From a virus, in the IMG/VR virus record IMGVR_UViG_3300032224_001676, positions 1 to 64,000 of that record: DNA of 64,000 bases; one strand, written 5' to 3'. The translations under genes were made by a program, and so were the position numbers. Below are positions 8,333 through 16,498 of this stretch, piece by piece. Each line of letters opens with the position of its first letter. Within the stretch, counting starts at the first letter, position 1. The notes below the pieces were generated by a model. The model was not told the origin of the DNA. It was given only the letters and a program-made list of their open reading frames with translations, and did no database searches.

Positions 8333-8983
8333 TTATAATCTTTTTTCATGATGATCTTTTGGTAATGATAACTTAGCAATTGGTCTAGATACCATTTTGA
8401 TTAATATATCATCCATTTCAATTGGTTCCAAGTCATTTCCATCTACTCCTACATCCATTGCTTTACCAACAGCCATTCTTAAATGTTTAGGTAAATGTGT
8501 ATGCCCATGTAAGTGAACTACTCCATCATTCATTCCATTCCAACTTGCGATTGGGTAGTGCATACAAATAAAACGAGCATGTTCCTTTTTCTTACCAGCA
8601 ATCCACCATCTAACATCTAAATCTAAGTAGTGGTTTACTGAACTGAATATAGATTGGATATTGTCTCTATTATTTTGAATGTGGTGGTCATGGTTACCAA
8701 GTACTAAATGTATGTTTTGACATATAATTCTATCTCTAAACGCTTTAATATTCTCAAAACCACCAAATGACCAATCACCTAAGTGAATTAAGATATCATC
8801 CTGTGCTACTCTCCTGTTTATCCAGTACACTAACTCCTCATTCATCTTCTCTAAGGAACTAAAGTCACGAGTTACACTATCAGCATCAGTCCATCTTGTA
8901 GTTGCTCGACATATGTTAGAGTGGTTGTAGTGAGTATCACTTGTAAACCATAATCTTTGATGTTGTTTTAACTCTATTTTCAT
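8333..8983 (-). CDS. calcineurin-like metallophosphoesterase
   Basis: FTSDTH, HLGDW, LGNHD, MHYP, HLHGHTH, DVGVD. Confidence 0.9.
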   Translation of the reverse strand: MKIELKQHQRLWFTSDTHYNHSNICRATTRWTDADSVTRDFSSLEKMNEELVYWINRRVAQDDILIHLGDWSFGGFENIKAFRDRIICQNIHLVLGNHDHHIQNNRDNIQSIFSSVNHYLDLDVRWWIAGKKKEHARFICMHYPIASWNGMNDGVVHLHGHTHLPKHLRMAVGKAMDVGVDGNDLEPIEMDDILIKMVSRPIAKLSLPKDHHEKRL

Positions 8984-9588
8984 GCTACGTATAATATTGT
9001 TGGGTTATCAGTATGAATATCAGGTGTATCACCTTGTAACTGCATGTACTTAGTAAATTCAGCTCTATTGAATGGTTTAGTAATCAAATGATATCCATTC
9101 TTAGTAGGGATAGTAGCTATTAATTTATCTTCAATCGGTTCTATATTATTGATAATGCGTCCAATTTTACTCACAACTTCCAAATCATTCATATCAACAT
9201 CAACAATCCATGTTTTAGTTGCATTTGACTCACCATTGGTACGCCCAATAATAGTTTCAAAACTAGATTTAATACCTGAATATTGGTTGTTGGCAATCAA
9301 CTCAGCATTATGTCTTAGACATTCAAGGCAAATACTATTCCATTTTCTTCTATTCAAATGAATATAAGCACGAGCATTAAACGTTTCACACAACTTAATG
9401 ATTTCATCTTTGTTCTTATCAAACTTCTCGAGACTGCTGATATTGTACGATCGAATGACTCTATTACTTGACCCCAATTCAGAATTCTCCTTGGAACGTT
9501 GGATAATCTGGATGAAGTAGAAATAATTTTCTTCAAGTTCATGTTCTAGTTTCAGCATTGATCTTATTTGTTCAAAATTATCAATCAT
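8980..9588 (-). CDS. conserved phage protein with AEP/Prim-Pol-like motifs
   Basis: WIVDVD (hhhDhD) and TKNGYHLI (GxH) motifs. Confidence 0.5.
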   Translation of the reverse strand: MIDNFEQIRSMLKLEHELEENYFYFIQIIQRSKENSELGSSNRVIRSYNISSLEKFDKNKDEIIKLCETFNARAYIHLNRRKWNSICLECLRHNAELIANNQYSGIKSSFETIIGRTNGESNATKTWIVDVDMNDLEVVSKIGRIINNIEPIEDKLIATIPTKNGYHLITKPFNRAEFTKYMQLQGDTPDIHTDNPTILYVA

Positions 9589-9710
9589 ATTAACCCAAAT
9601 ATTAATTTAATAATCATTCCAACAGCATAGAATACTATTGTCATTACTCCAAATACAGCAGCTATTCCTACTATTAAATCAACTGCTTTACTATTCATTT
9701 TATTTTTCAT
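9585..9710 (-). CDS. small membrane protein (41 aa)
   Basis: Hand-translated MKNKMNSKAVDLIVGIAAVFGVMTIVFYAVG...; promoter at 9728-9759. Confidence 0.55.
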   Translation of the reverse strand: MKNKMNSKAVDLIVGIAAVFGVMTIVFYAVGMIIKLIFGLI

Positions 9711-9767
9711 AATTTTTTCTTATACTATAAAGATAATAAATTTAATTTAAAAGCCTAGGATTAAAAA

Positions 9768-10490
9768 TTAAGGATATTCTCCTAATCTAAACTCCTTATT
9801 TTCATAAATTAAGAATTGACCTGATGTGTCGAATGTATCAATAAAGTAATATCTACCACCTGTTGACTTACCTTCTATATCAATCTTTTTAACAGCCGTA
9901 TGGCCTACTACTTGAATATACTCTTTTTTCAAGAATGTATCTCGGTTACCAGCTATTAATGCTTGAGGTCTAATCCAAATTGGTGTTTGTGTTTTAGTAT
10001 TACCATACTGGTCAATACCATAAAACATAAAACGATTAGGTTGATATTTCCAAATTGCATTTACAAAATCAGCTATAGTACCTGGATCTACTCCTGGTTC
10101 GTATTTGTTTTGATATGTTAACCAATCATGACCGATACCAGCATGTGTAAACAAAATATTATCAAGTTGATAACACATTTGTAGATAGTGATTATTTTCT
10201 TGTAACATCTGTCTAATGGCTGGTGCTGCGCCTGCTTTATATCCTGAGTATGTTTCGCCACCTGGGTAGTAATGGAAGTCATGATTACCAATTAGTAAAA
10301 TAACTTCGCACTCTTCCTTCTCTTTAAAGTCAATAATCTCTCTAAAGTTAAACATCTGCTCAGCAGGACCGATATCAAAACTATCAAAATAGTCTCCAAT
10401 AAAAATAACTCGATCTGCTTGCTCTTGGAATATTATTTCTTTCCAAATACTACGACCATGTATATCTCCTAATATTATTGTTTTATCCAT
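9768..10490 (-). CDS. metallophosphoesterase
   Basis: GDIHG, GDYFD, GNHD, THAG, QVVGHT. Confidence 0.9.
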   Translation of the reverse strand: MDKTIILGDIHGRSIWKEIIFQEQADRVIFIGDYFDSFDIGPAEQMFNFREIIDFKEKEECEVILLIGNHDFHYYPGGETYSGYKAGAAPAIRQMLQENNHYLQMCYQLDNILFTHAGIGHDWLTYQNKYEPGVDPGTIADFVNAIWKYQPNRFMFYGIDQYGNTKTQTPIWIRPQALIAGNRDTFLKKEYIQVVGHTAVKKIDIEGKSTGGRYYFIDTFDTSGQFLIYENKEFRLGEYP

Positions 10491-10951
10491 TCTGGTTTCT
10501 TATTTGGTATTTTTTTCCAATCCAATCCTTTAATTTTAATCTTATCATTAACATAAAAATTACGATATGATTCAATCGCACTACCTACTTTAAATTCATC
10601 TGGCATGCATAATGGTGGTTCTTTAAATGTGTTGTTTGATATGTTAGGTATATTTTTTTCACACCATTCAAGTACATTTTGTGTAGCGTGACGTTTACCA
10701 TAACGCAATTCAAACTCTTTACATATCTCTAAACCATGTTTCACTAACCATTTATAATGTTGTACTGATTGCCTAACCCATATTGTTGATGGATGATTTT
10801 TATGAGCACGCTTATATGGTGCTTCATTCCCTGTCTCCCAATGTGCCGTACAACACATTTGAGCTGATTCAATTTGCATTTTGCGAATGTGATCATCAGC
10901 TAACATTTGAGCGGCAATAACTGGGTCTTCATGGATGTAAAATATATTCAT
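10475..10951 (-). CDS. pyrimidine dimer DNA glycosylase / endonuclease V-like protein
   Basis: MNIFY...HIRKMQIESAQM..TAH...HKNHPSTIWVR...PLCMP...YRNFY. Confidence 0.8.
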   Translation of the reverse strand: MNIFYIHEDPVIAAQMLADDHIRKMQIESAQMCCTAHWETGNEAPYKRAHKNHPSTIWVRQSVQHYKWLVKHGLEICKEFELRYGKRHATQNVLEWCEKNIPNISNNTFKEPPLCMPDEFKVGSAIESYRNFYVNDKIKIKGLDWKKIPNKKPEWIKQ

Positions 10952-11007
10952 AATTTTTATTTATACTGTAAAGATAATAAAATTTATTTAGGAATCTAGG
11001 ATTAAAA

Positions 11008-11030
11008 ATTAGGGGGCAAAGCCCCCTAAT
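11008..11030 (-). terminator. intrinsic terminator
   Basis: ATTAGGGGGC/GCCCCCTAAT inverted repeat followed by TTTT on the minus strand. Confidence 0.8.
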
Positions 11031-11054
11031 CCAACACACAACATGGCTTGCCTT

Positions 11055-11312
11055 TTAGGCAACTTTACTGAGTTGTCTCTCAGTGTTTTTTAGGCGACGA
11101 CGTGAAACCATATACATTGCATTTGCAACTTCTTGATTAACGCTGCGACGACCTGACATAATATTAGACACGTGACTAATAGATTGATTACTCATCTTAG
11201 CAACTTTAGTTACATCTCCATTGCGGCGACGTGCTGTGAAGAATGCTTGTTTAGCTGTTTTGTTCAACTGGCGATACTGGCGAGTTGTTTGTGTCGTAGA
11301 CATTTTGTTCAT
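11055..11312 (-). CDS. basic HTH-like DNA-binding protein
   Basis: VTKVAKMSNQSISHVSNIMSGRR resembles an XRE/Cro helix-turn-helix; own promoter (11350-11381) and terminator. Confidence 0.65.
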   Translation of the reverse strand: MNKMSTTQTTRQYRQLNKTAKQAFFTARRRNGDVTKVAKMSNQSISHVSNIMSGRRSVNQEVANAMYMVSRRRLKNTERQLSKVA

Positions 11313-11403
11313 AACTTTTTATTTATTTATTTGTTTTTAATTTACATTATAAAGATAATATAATTTTTTTGAAAAGCCAAACTATATTTAAAAAACTTTT
11401 TAG

Positions 11404-11477
11404 TGCGCCCTCCTGGGATCGAACCAGGCACCTACTGATTATGAGTCAGTTGCTCTAACCGAATGAGCTAAGGGCGC
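11404..11477 (-). tRNA. tRNA with CAT anticodon, most like tRNA-Ile2 (lysidine type); Met not excluded
   Basis: GCGCCCT/GGGCGCA acceptor, GACTCATAATC anticodon arm, GGTTCGATCC T-loop; no encoded CCA. Confidence 0.9.
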
Positions 11478-11484
11478 TAATGGA

Positions 11485-11582
11485 GCGTAGTGGAGCTGCA
11501 GACTCCTGAGGCTACTACGCATTTTATCCTCTTTAGCAAAAGCCATACTCTGGGACGCTGTTCTTATGGGTAGCGTAGCATG
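11485..11582 (-). ncRNA. structured inter-tRNA element (two bulged hairpins)
   Basis: CATGCT-ACGCT...AGCGT-CCCAG-AGTATG and GCGTAGT-AGC...GCT-CC-ACTACGC. Confidence 0.4.
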
Positions 11583-11590
11583 TACTTTAG

Positions 11591-11676
11591 TAGCCGGGGT
11601 GGGAATCGAACCCACACTGCCGTTTTGGGCAACAGGATTTTAAGTCCTGCGTGTCTACCTGTTTCACCACCCGGCC
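11591..11676 (-). tRNA. tRNA-Leu(TAA)
   Basis: GGCCGGGTGGTGAAACAGGTAGACACGCAGGACTTAAAATCCTG, long variable arm, GGGTTCGATTCCC. Confidence 0.93.
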
Positions 11677-11680
11677 TACT

Positions 11681-12217
11681 TTAAATTATAATATATTCAA
11701 TATTATTAATATTTAAAGTTCTAATATTCTCTAACTTAACATTTCTATGTTCAATTTGCTTATCAACATTTTGTGATTGATAAACTTTTTTCTCAACTCT
11801 AAATTGTTTTAAATAGTTCTCAGTATCAATATCAACTTCCTTACCATTAATTTTATAAGTTGGTTTTTGTGAACTTTGTTCCTTAAATACTAAATAAACT
11901 TGACCTGTTGTGTTATGTGTTGCTAAACAACCATTATACACATCATTAATTTTATTAGCATAAGTAGACTTAGCTTTAAAATCAGCTACTTTATCTTCTC
12001 TTAGTCGCTGATTATTTACACTATTAGCGTAATTATAATTAATTAAACCTGAGTATTTGTTTAATTTAGTGACTGTGTCTTTAGCATATTTGTTGTCTGT
12101 CTTTTTTAAACGAGCATCTACTTCAGCTGTTAGCGAAACAAACATAGCTTGCTTACCATCTAGGTCAGATAGTATTTGTAATAATTGATTTTTTGTGATT
12201 TGTTGTTGTGTTTTCAT
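11681..12217 (-). CDS. hypothetical protein
   Basis: ORF track; promoter at 12241-12272. Confidence 0.75.
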   Translation of the reverse strand: MKTQQQITKNQLLQILSDLDGKQAMFVSLTAEVDARLKKTDNKYAKDTVTKLNKYSGLINYNYANSVNNQRLREDKVADFKAKSTYANKINDVYNGCLATHNTTGQVYLVFKEQSSQKPTYKINGKEVDIDTENYLKQFRVEKKVYQSQNVDKQIEHRNVKLENIRTLNINNIEYIII

Positions 12218-12232
12218 AACCTTTAAATTTTC

Positions 12233-12279
12233 TTATACTATAAAGATAATATATAAAAATCTAAAAGCCAAACTTTTTT
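12233..12279 (-). repeat. 47-bp promoter-containing direct repeat, copy 1
   Basis: Identical to 15485-15531. Confidence 0.9.
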
Positions 12280-12296
12280 TTAAAAAGCGTAAAAAC

Positions 12297-12512
12297 TTAT
12301 TTTTTACTTTCTTTACGGATTTCGTCGTTAAGGTCTTCAAGCCGTTTGATAAGATGATTTTTTTCATCAATATCCTTTTTCCACATTTTGTAGACTATAA
12401 ATCCTAAAGCAAATACAACTATTCCTAACACTCCGTAATCTGTTAATTTTCCAAAAACCTCTATTTCGTTTGGTGGGGTGGGATTCACCTCCATGAAATA
12501 TTGTCTTATCAT
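12297..12512 (-). CDS. single-TM protein, holin/antiholin candidate
   Basis: YGVLGIVVFALGFIVY TM helix plus charged tail; in the lysis cluster. Confidence 0.55.
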   Translation of the reverse strand: MIRQYFMEVNPTPPNEIEVFGKLTDYGVLGIVVFALGFIVYKMWKKDIDEKNHLIKRLEDLNDEIRKESKK

Positions 12513-12516
12513 TTAT

Positions 12517-13125
12517 TTATTTTTTATTATGTAAATAATTACTCATAATATTACCAATTGCACCTAACTTTTGACGAACAAATACCCATTCATCTTTAAC
12601 TATCTTATGTTTCTTGTTAATATAATATATTCCCATAACACCTATAATACGTTCATCTAAATCTGTTAATGTTAATAAATAACATGATTTGTATTTATTT
12701 TCAACACAAAACGTTTCTAAACCATAAGTAGGATCTGATTCGACATCTGGGACTAATAGTTCGCCTTTTTCATATAACTCTGCTAATGGTTTATTAAACA
12801 ATGACACAGGTATGTTCTGGTATACTCCTTTTATTGATACAGTATTAGGGGTGGTCACTTCATAGAACACTGAAAATTTTTGGATTGATTTACCTGTTGG
12901 GTAAAAATGCCCACCATTATGAAATTGAGCTATATATATTTGATCACATTCTAACTCATCTAATATCACATCTAATTGATGTTCAATTTGCTCATTATAT
13001 CTAATAGCATCAGGCATTGGGTCAGTCATGGACTTTTTATTAAATTTGCTTCTAGCCCACTCTAATAATATAGGTCCGAATACAGATGTAATTAGAGCAA
13101 TTGCAATAGGTATTATTATTTCCAT
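12517..13125 (-). CDS. N-terminal TM plus GAF-like domain protein, holin candidate
   Basis: TM helix, then YIAQFHNG...SCYLLTL...IIGVMGIYY; abuts the endolysin. Confidence 0.55.
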   Translation of the reverse strand: MEIIIPIAIALITSVFGPILLEWARSKFNKKSMTDPMPDAIRYNEQIEHQLDVILDELECDQIYIAQFHNGGHFYPTGKSIQKFSVFYEVTTPNTVSIKGVYQNIPVSLFNKPLAELYEKGELLVPDVESDPTYGLETFCVENKYKSCYLLTLTDLDERIIGVMGIYYINKKHKIVKDEWVFVRQKLGAIGNIMSNYLHNKK

Positions 13126-13126
13126 C

Positions 13127-13951
13127 TTATTTTAATAAATTATAGTACTCATTAAAATGCTTCAAACGATCAGGTAAACCAATTGTACCACCATTTACTC
13201 TTTTAGTAACTGCTGTGACAGTTGCTTCATCAGCTCCTTTATCACATATTGACCATAATTTATTTGAATCGAAGAAAAATGCTGCTGATGCTAATGGGTA
13301 TTTAGTTGCTACTAAATCAGGGTTAGCAACTGTATCTTCGCCTATGAATTTAGCAAAACCAGTATAATTAGATTTCCCAGTTAATTGGATATAACCACGT
13401 CCACGGTATTTATATCCTTCACCTGTTGACTCATCACCATTACCCATTCTTGAACCGTAAACACGAGATGCAATCTTCTCAGGTTGTTTAGCATATGAAT
13501 TAGCTAAGTCACCAGGAAAATATTTTCCAAATATCTTTTTTAGACCGTCAACTGAGTAGTTTAAATTCTCGCTTATTGCTTTGAATCCACCGGATTCATG
13601 CCCACACTGTGCTAAGAAATGAGCTAAACGTAGTGGAGTTGTAATATTAAATTTAGCTGCTGTGTCTGGTATTTGAGCTATTACAGCGTCAGGAACGTGT
13701 CCTTTTAAAGCATCTAATTTGAATGAGCTAGGAGGAATAACTGCTGATGCAGTGGGGGTTGGAGTTGCAGCTCCGAACATTTTACCCCACGTACCATCTC
13801 CTACAATGCCATCAGCTGTTAATCCATTTTTAGCTTGCCATTCTTTAACTTTAGTTTCAGTCATAGGACCAAAATTGCCATCTGCGCTTAATCCTAATTT
13901 TGTTTGAAGTTGTTTAACTTCTTCTCCTTTTGATCCGTTTTTTAGTAACAT
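13127..13951 (-). CDS. endolysin: peptidoglycan-binding domain plus GH19 catalytic domain
   Basis: LKNGSKGEEVKQLQ..DGNFG..DGIVG; HFLAQCGHESGGF, YRGRGYIQLTG, TKRVNGG. Confidence 0.93.
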   Translation of the reverse strand: MLLKNGSKGEEVKQLQTKLGLSADGNFGPMTETKVKEWQAKNGLTADGIVGDGTWGKMFGAATPTPTASAVIPPSSFKLDALKGHVPDAVIAQIPDTAAKFNITTPLRLAHFLAQCGHESGGFKAISENLNYSVDGLKKIFGKYFPGDLANSYAKQPEKIASRVYGSRMGNGDESTGEGYKYRGRGYIQLTGKSNYTGFAKFIGEDTVANPDLVATKYPLASAAFFFDSNKLWSICDKGADEATVTAVTKRVNGGTIGLPDRLKHFNEYYNLLK

Positions 13952-13982
13952 ATTTTTGATAGTAAAGTGTTACTAATAAATA

Positions 13983-14225
13983 TTAAAAAGGAGTGTCACT
14001 TTCATCCTCTATAGAAGAAAGAGGAGAAGATTTAATTGATGGATTAAAATACTCTTTCAAAAACGACTCAGGATATGTCATTACATCACCTGTGTATTTA
14101 GGATTAGATACTTCTTGTTTAGCCCATCTAATATTGTTTCTTTTAGCAGCATGGTATACTTGTGTGCCTAGATCTTTACCAGCTGCTTTACCTAAGTATT
14201 CATACAGTGACATCATTTTATCCAT
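13983..14225 (-). CDS. hypothetical phage protein
   Basis: ORF track. Confidence 0.7.
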   Translation of the reverse strand: MDKMMSLYEYLGKAAGKDLGTQVYHAAKRNNIRWAKQEVSNPKYTGDVMTYPESFLKEYFNPSIKSSPLSSIEDESDTPF

Positions 14226-14469
14226 TAATCACCTCCTCTATTGGTTTCCAATTTACTTCAGATCCTTCTTCACTAAAGTTACCTGTAGGCATAGCTAAGA
14301 GGATTTGATCCTGTTCATTTTTTCCAATCGCAATAAACCCAAATCCTTCACAAATATAAGGAATCATATGATTAGTAGGTAATTCAGATACTACTTGATC
14401 AATATCAAAATCCCATCCACCCATTTCGGGGTCATTTAATTCGACCCATTGCTTACTAAATTCTGCCAT
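14218..14469 (-). CDS. hypothetical phage protein
   Basis: ORF track. Confidence 0.7.
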   Translation of the reverse strand: MAEFSKQWVELNDPEMGGWDFDIDQVVSELPTNHMIPYICEGFGFIAIGKNEQDQILLAMPTGNFSEEGSEVNWKPIEEVING

Positions 14470-14480
14470 TATTATTTATT

Positions 14481-14798
14481 TTATTTATTACATTTACAAT
14501 CAACAATCTCTTCATCTATTCCTAAACAAAAAGCAATATCACCAATTTGTGGTTTTTTATTAGTATAGTACATAACTCCATTTTCAGTCATTACTTGCCA
14601 TTTCATATCAATACTTTTATCTACATTTTTTTCTACAGATATAACTTTAATAGGCCATGCCTTAGTAGTATCTGTTGGTATAATTGGGTTTGGTTTTACT
14701 ATAATAGTATCAGTATGAGGAATAATAATTGGTTGAGGAGTTATCCTACTACATGCAACCAATCCTGTAATTGATAATGTTAGAAATAGTATTTTCAT
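14481..14798 (-). CDS. putative lipoprotein
   Basis: Signal peptide with lipobox LVAC. Confidence 0.65.
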   Translation of the reverse strand: MKILFLTLSITGLVACSRITPQPIIIPHTDTIIVKPNPIIPTDTTKAWPIKVISVEKNVDKSIDMKWQVMTENGVMYYTNKKPQIGDIAFCLGIDEEIVDCKCNK

Positions 14799-15016
14799 CT
14801 TGGTTGTACTTTTATTTGTTCTGCTTCACTTATTGATACTGTTGAAGCTAATCCTGATCCTATTGCTATTATGATTTGATTTTTAGATACTTGGCATACT
14901 TTGATTTCTTTACCTACTTCACATCCTATACCGATTAAACGTTCTGTTAGTAGATTTTTAGGTATTTCTTCAATAATATATACTCTAGGATATATTTTAA
15001 CTTCACTTAAATTCAT
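14795..15016 (-). CDS. FeoA-like (SH3-fold) protein
   Basis: MNLSEV...LTERLIGIGCEVGKEIKV...IIIAI...SISEAEQIKV follows the FeoA pattern. Confidence 0.6.
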   Translation of the reverse strand: MNLSEVKIYPRVYIIEEIPKNLLTERLIGIGCEVGKEIKVCQVSKNQIIIAIGSGLASTVSISEAEQIKVQPR

Positions 15017-15138
15017 TAACAATACTTTTTATAGATATTTTCAATTAATTCAATTTCTTCATTGCTTATAGAGTGAAATTTAGATATAAGAGCAGTAAGT
15101 TTATCAGCGAATTCCTCTTCTAATATTGATTGTTTCAT
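15016..15138 (-). CDS. hypothetical protein (40 aa)
   Basis: Hand-translated MKQSILEEEFADKLTALISKF... Confidence 0.5.
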   Translation of the reverse strand: MKQSILEEEFADKLTALISKFHSISNEEIELIENIYKKYC

Positions 15139-15139
15139 T

Positions 15140-15463
15140 TTATTTTAAGTGTTTTTTAATTTGAATAGTAATTTTACGACGTAAACATTTCATTGATGTT
15201 ATGAATTCATTAGTGGCTTCTTCTCTTAACCCATTAAATACTTTCTTCAAAGCGACTCTAATTTTAGGATAAGATTTAACTAATTCAAAGAATTTATCAA
15301 TATGTGTTTGTGAAATAGAATCCCATTTACCCCCTTTAAAAGTAGTTAATGTCACTCGTGTATCATTAATTGTATCAAATAAATACACAGTAATTGTTTT
15401 TTCCCACGCGTCTGGTACTAATTGCAACTCGTGGTTGTTTTCAAGAGTAATTGATGTATTCAT
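15140..15463 (-). CDS. hypothetical protein
   Basis: ORF track; promoter upstream. Confidence 0.7.
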   Translation of the reverse strand: MNTSITLENNHELQLVPDAWEKTITVYLFDTINDTRVTLTTFKGGKWDSISQTHIDKFFELVKSYPKIRVALKKVFNGLREEATNEFITSMKCLRRKITIQIKKHLK

Positions 15464-15484
15464 AACCTTTATTTAAATTTTAAT

Positions 15485-15531
15485 TTATACTATAAAGATA
15501 ATATATAAAAATCTAAAAGCCAAACTTTTTT
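15485..15531 (-). repeat. 47-bp promoter-containing direct repeat, copy 2
   Basis: Identical to 12233-12279. Confidence 0.9.
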
Positions 15532-15538
15532 AAAATTT

Positions 15539-15703
15539 TTAATAAAATTCTACCTGAAGTTCTTCATATGCCTTTTGGTAGGCAAAACTTTTTCTCATTT
15601 TGTTTTCAATAATATACTTATTTGCTAGGTTAATCATGTCTTTACCTATACCTTTAGTATGAGCTTCCCAAAGTAACTCTTCAATTAATTCGTCGTTAGT
15701 CAT
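15539..15703 (-). CDS. hypothetical protein (54 aa)
   Basis: Hand-translated MTNDELIEELLWEAHTKGIG...AYQKAYEEL. Confidence 0.6.
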   Translation of the reverse strand: MTNDELIEELLWEAHTKGIGKDMINLANKYIIENKMRKSFAYQKAYEELQVEFY

Positions 15704-15704
15704 T

Positions 15705-16013
15705 TTATCTATTATTCTCTACATCCCTATATTTAGGTTTTGGTTTTGGTGTTTTTACAGGTTTAGTATCAGTTTCAGATTGTTTTGGTTTTGGAGTTTT
15801 AATTTTATTCATAATGATAAATTTTCTTAGTGAATGAAATAAATGTCTACTTAATATAAGTTGAACAACCACTGCTCCTAAAGCTATTAATCCCATTAAC
15901 ACTCCAAATAGTATAGACACAGACATAACATCTATAGATACTACCCACAATATAGCTATATAAATAAATCCTACTAACCATATAGATAAAAATAAAAATG
16001 GAAAATATTTCAT
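15705..16013 (-). CDS. two-TM membrane protein with Pro/Lys-rich tail
   Basis: ORF track; hydrophobic N-terminal half. Confidence 0.65.
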   Translation of the reverse strand: MKYFPFLFLSIWLVGFIYIAILWVVSIDVMSVSILFGVLMGLIALGAVVVQLILSRHLFHSLRKFIIMNKIKTPKPKQSETDTKPVKTPKPKPKYRDVENNR

Positions 16014-16038
16014 TGTGGTGTATTTACTATAAATACAC

Positions 16039-16194
16039 CTAGTTTATATTCCTACTATCTTTTTCTATACTTAATTCAACAGACAATAAATTACAAATCA
16101 TTTCTAATCCTTCCCAGTCTGCTATTGCTAAAGTAATTAAAGTTTCATCAGGTAGTGTGAGGACGTAGTCCAACATACTAAATGTTGTCTTCAT
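16039..16194 (-). CDS. hypothetical protein (51 aa)
   Basis: Hand-translated MKTTFSMLDYVLTLPDETL... Confidence 0.5.
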   Translation of the reverse strand: MKTTFSMLDYVLTLPDETLITLAIADWEGLEMICNLLSVELSIEKDSRNIN

Positions 16195-16336
16195 TATATT
16201 TTAATGCGGGGTGGTAGTTTAGTAAATCGCGTTCTTTCTTCTTAGAAGTTTTAGGATTACGCTTACGTTTATTTTCTAAAACTTGAATGTAAGATTTTAA
16301 ACACTCATATTTTTGTAATGTACTGTTTTTACTCAT
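16178..16336 (-). CDS. small basic protein (52 aa)
   Basis: Hand-translated MSKNSTLQKYECLKSYIQVLENKRKRNPK... Confidence 0.5.
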   Translation of the reverse strand: MSKNSTLQKYECLKSYIQVLENKRKRNPKTSKKKERDLLNYHPALKYNEDNI

Positions 16337-16354
16337 AACTTTATTTTTATTTAT

Positions 16355-16498
16355 TTATTTACCTTGTTTATTGTAAGGTTTAACATAGTTTTTACTATTT
16401 TTATTCTTACTTTGTTTTTTCTTACTATGTACTCCTGGTCTTTTTTTTCTTGGTTTTGCAATGAATGTTCTAGTTGCTGATTGTTTTGCTTTTGCCAT
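16355..16498 (-). CDS. very basic 47-aa protein
   Basis: MAKAKQSATRTFIAKPRKKRPGVHSKKKQSKNKNSKNYVKPYNKQGK; no acidic residues. Confidence 0.65.
   Translation of the reverse strand: MAKAKQSATRTFIAKPRKKRPGVHSKKKQSKNKNSKNYVKPYNKQGK

Noticed and set aside
11560-11590. Theta (HDV-like) ribozyme after tRNA-Leu
   Set aside because: Could not build the nested double pseudoknot starting at the tRNA 3' end; kept only as an unclassified structured element
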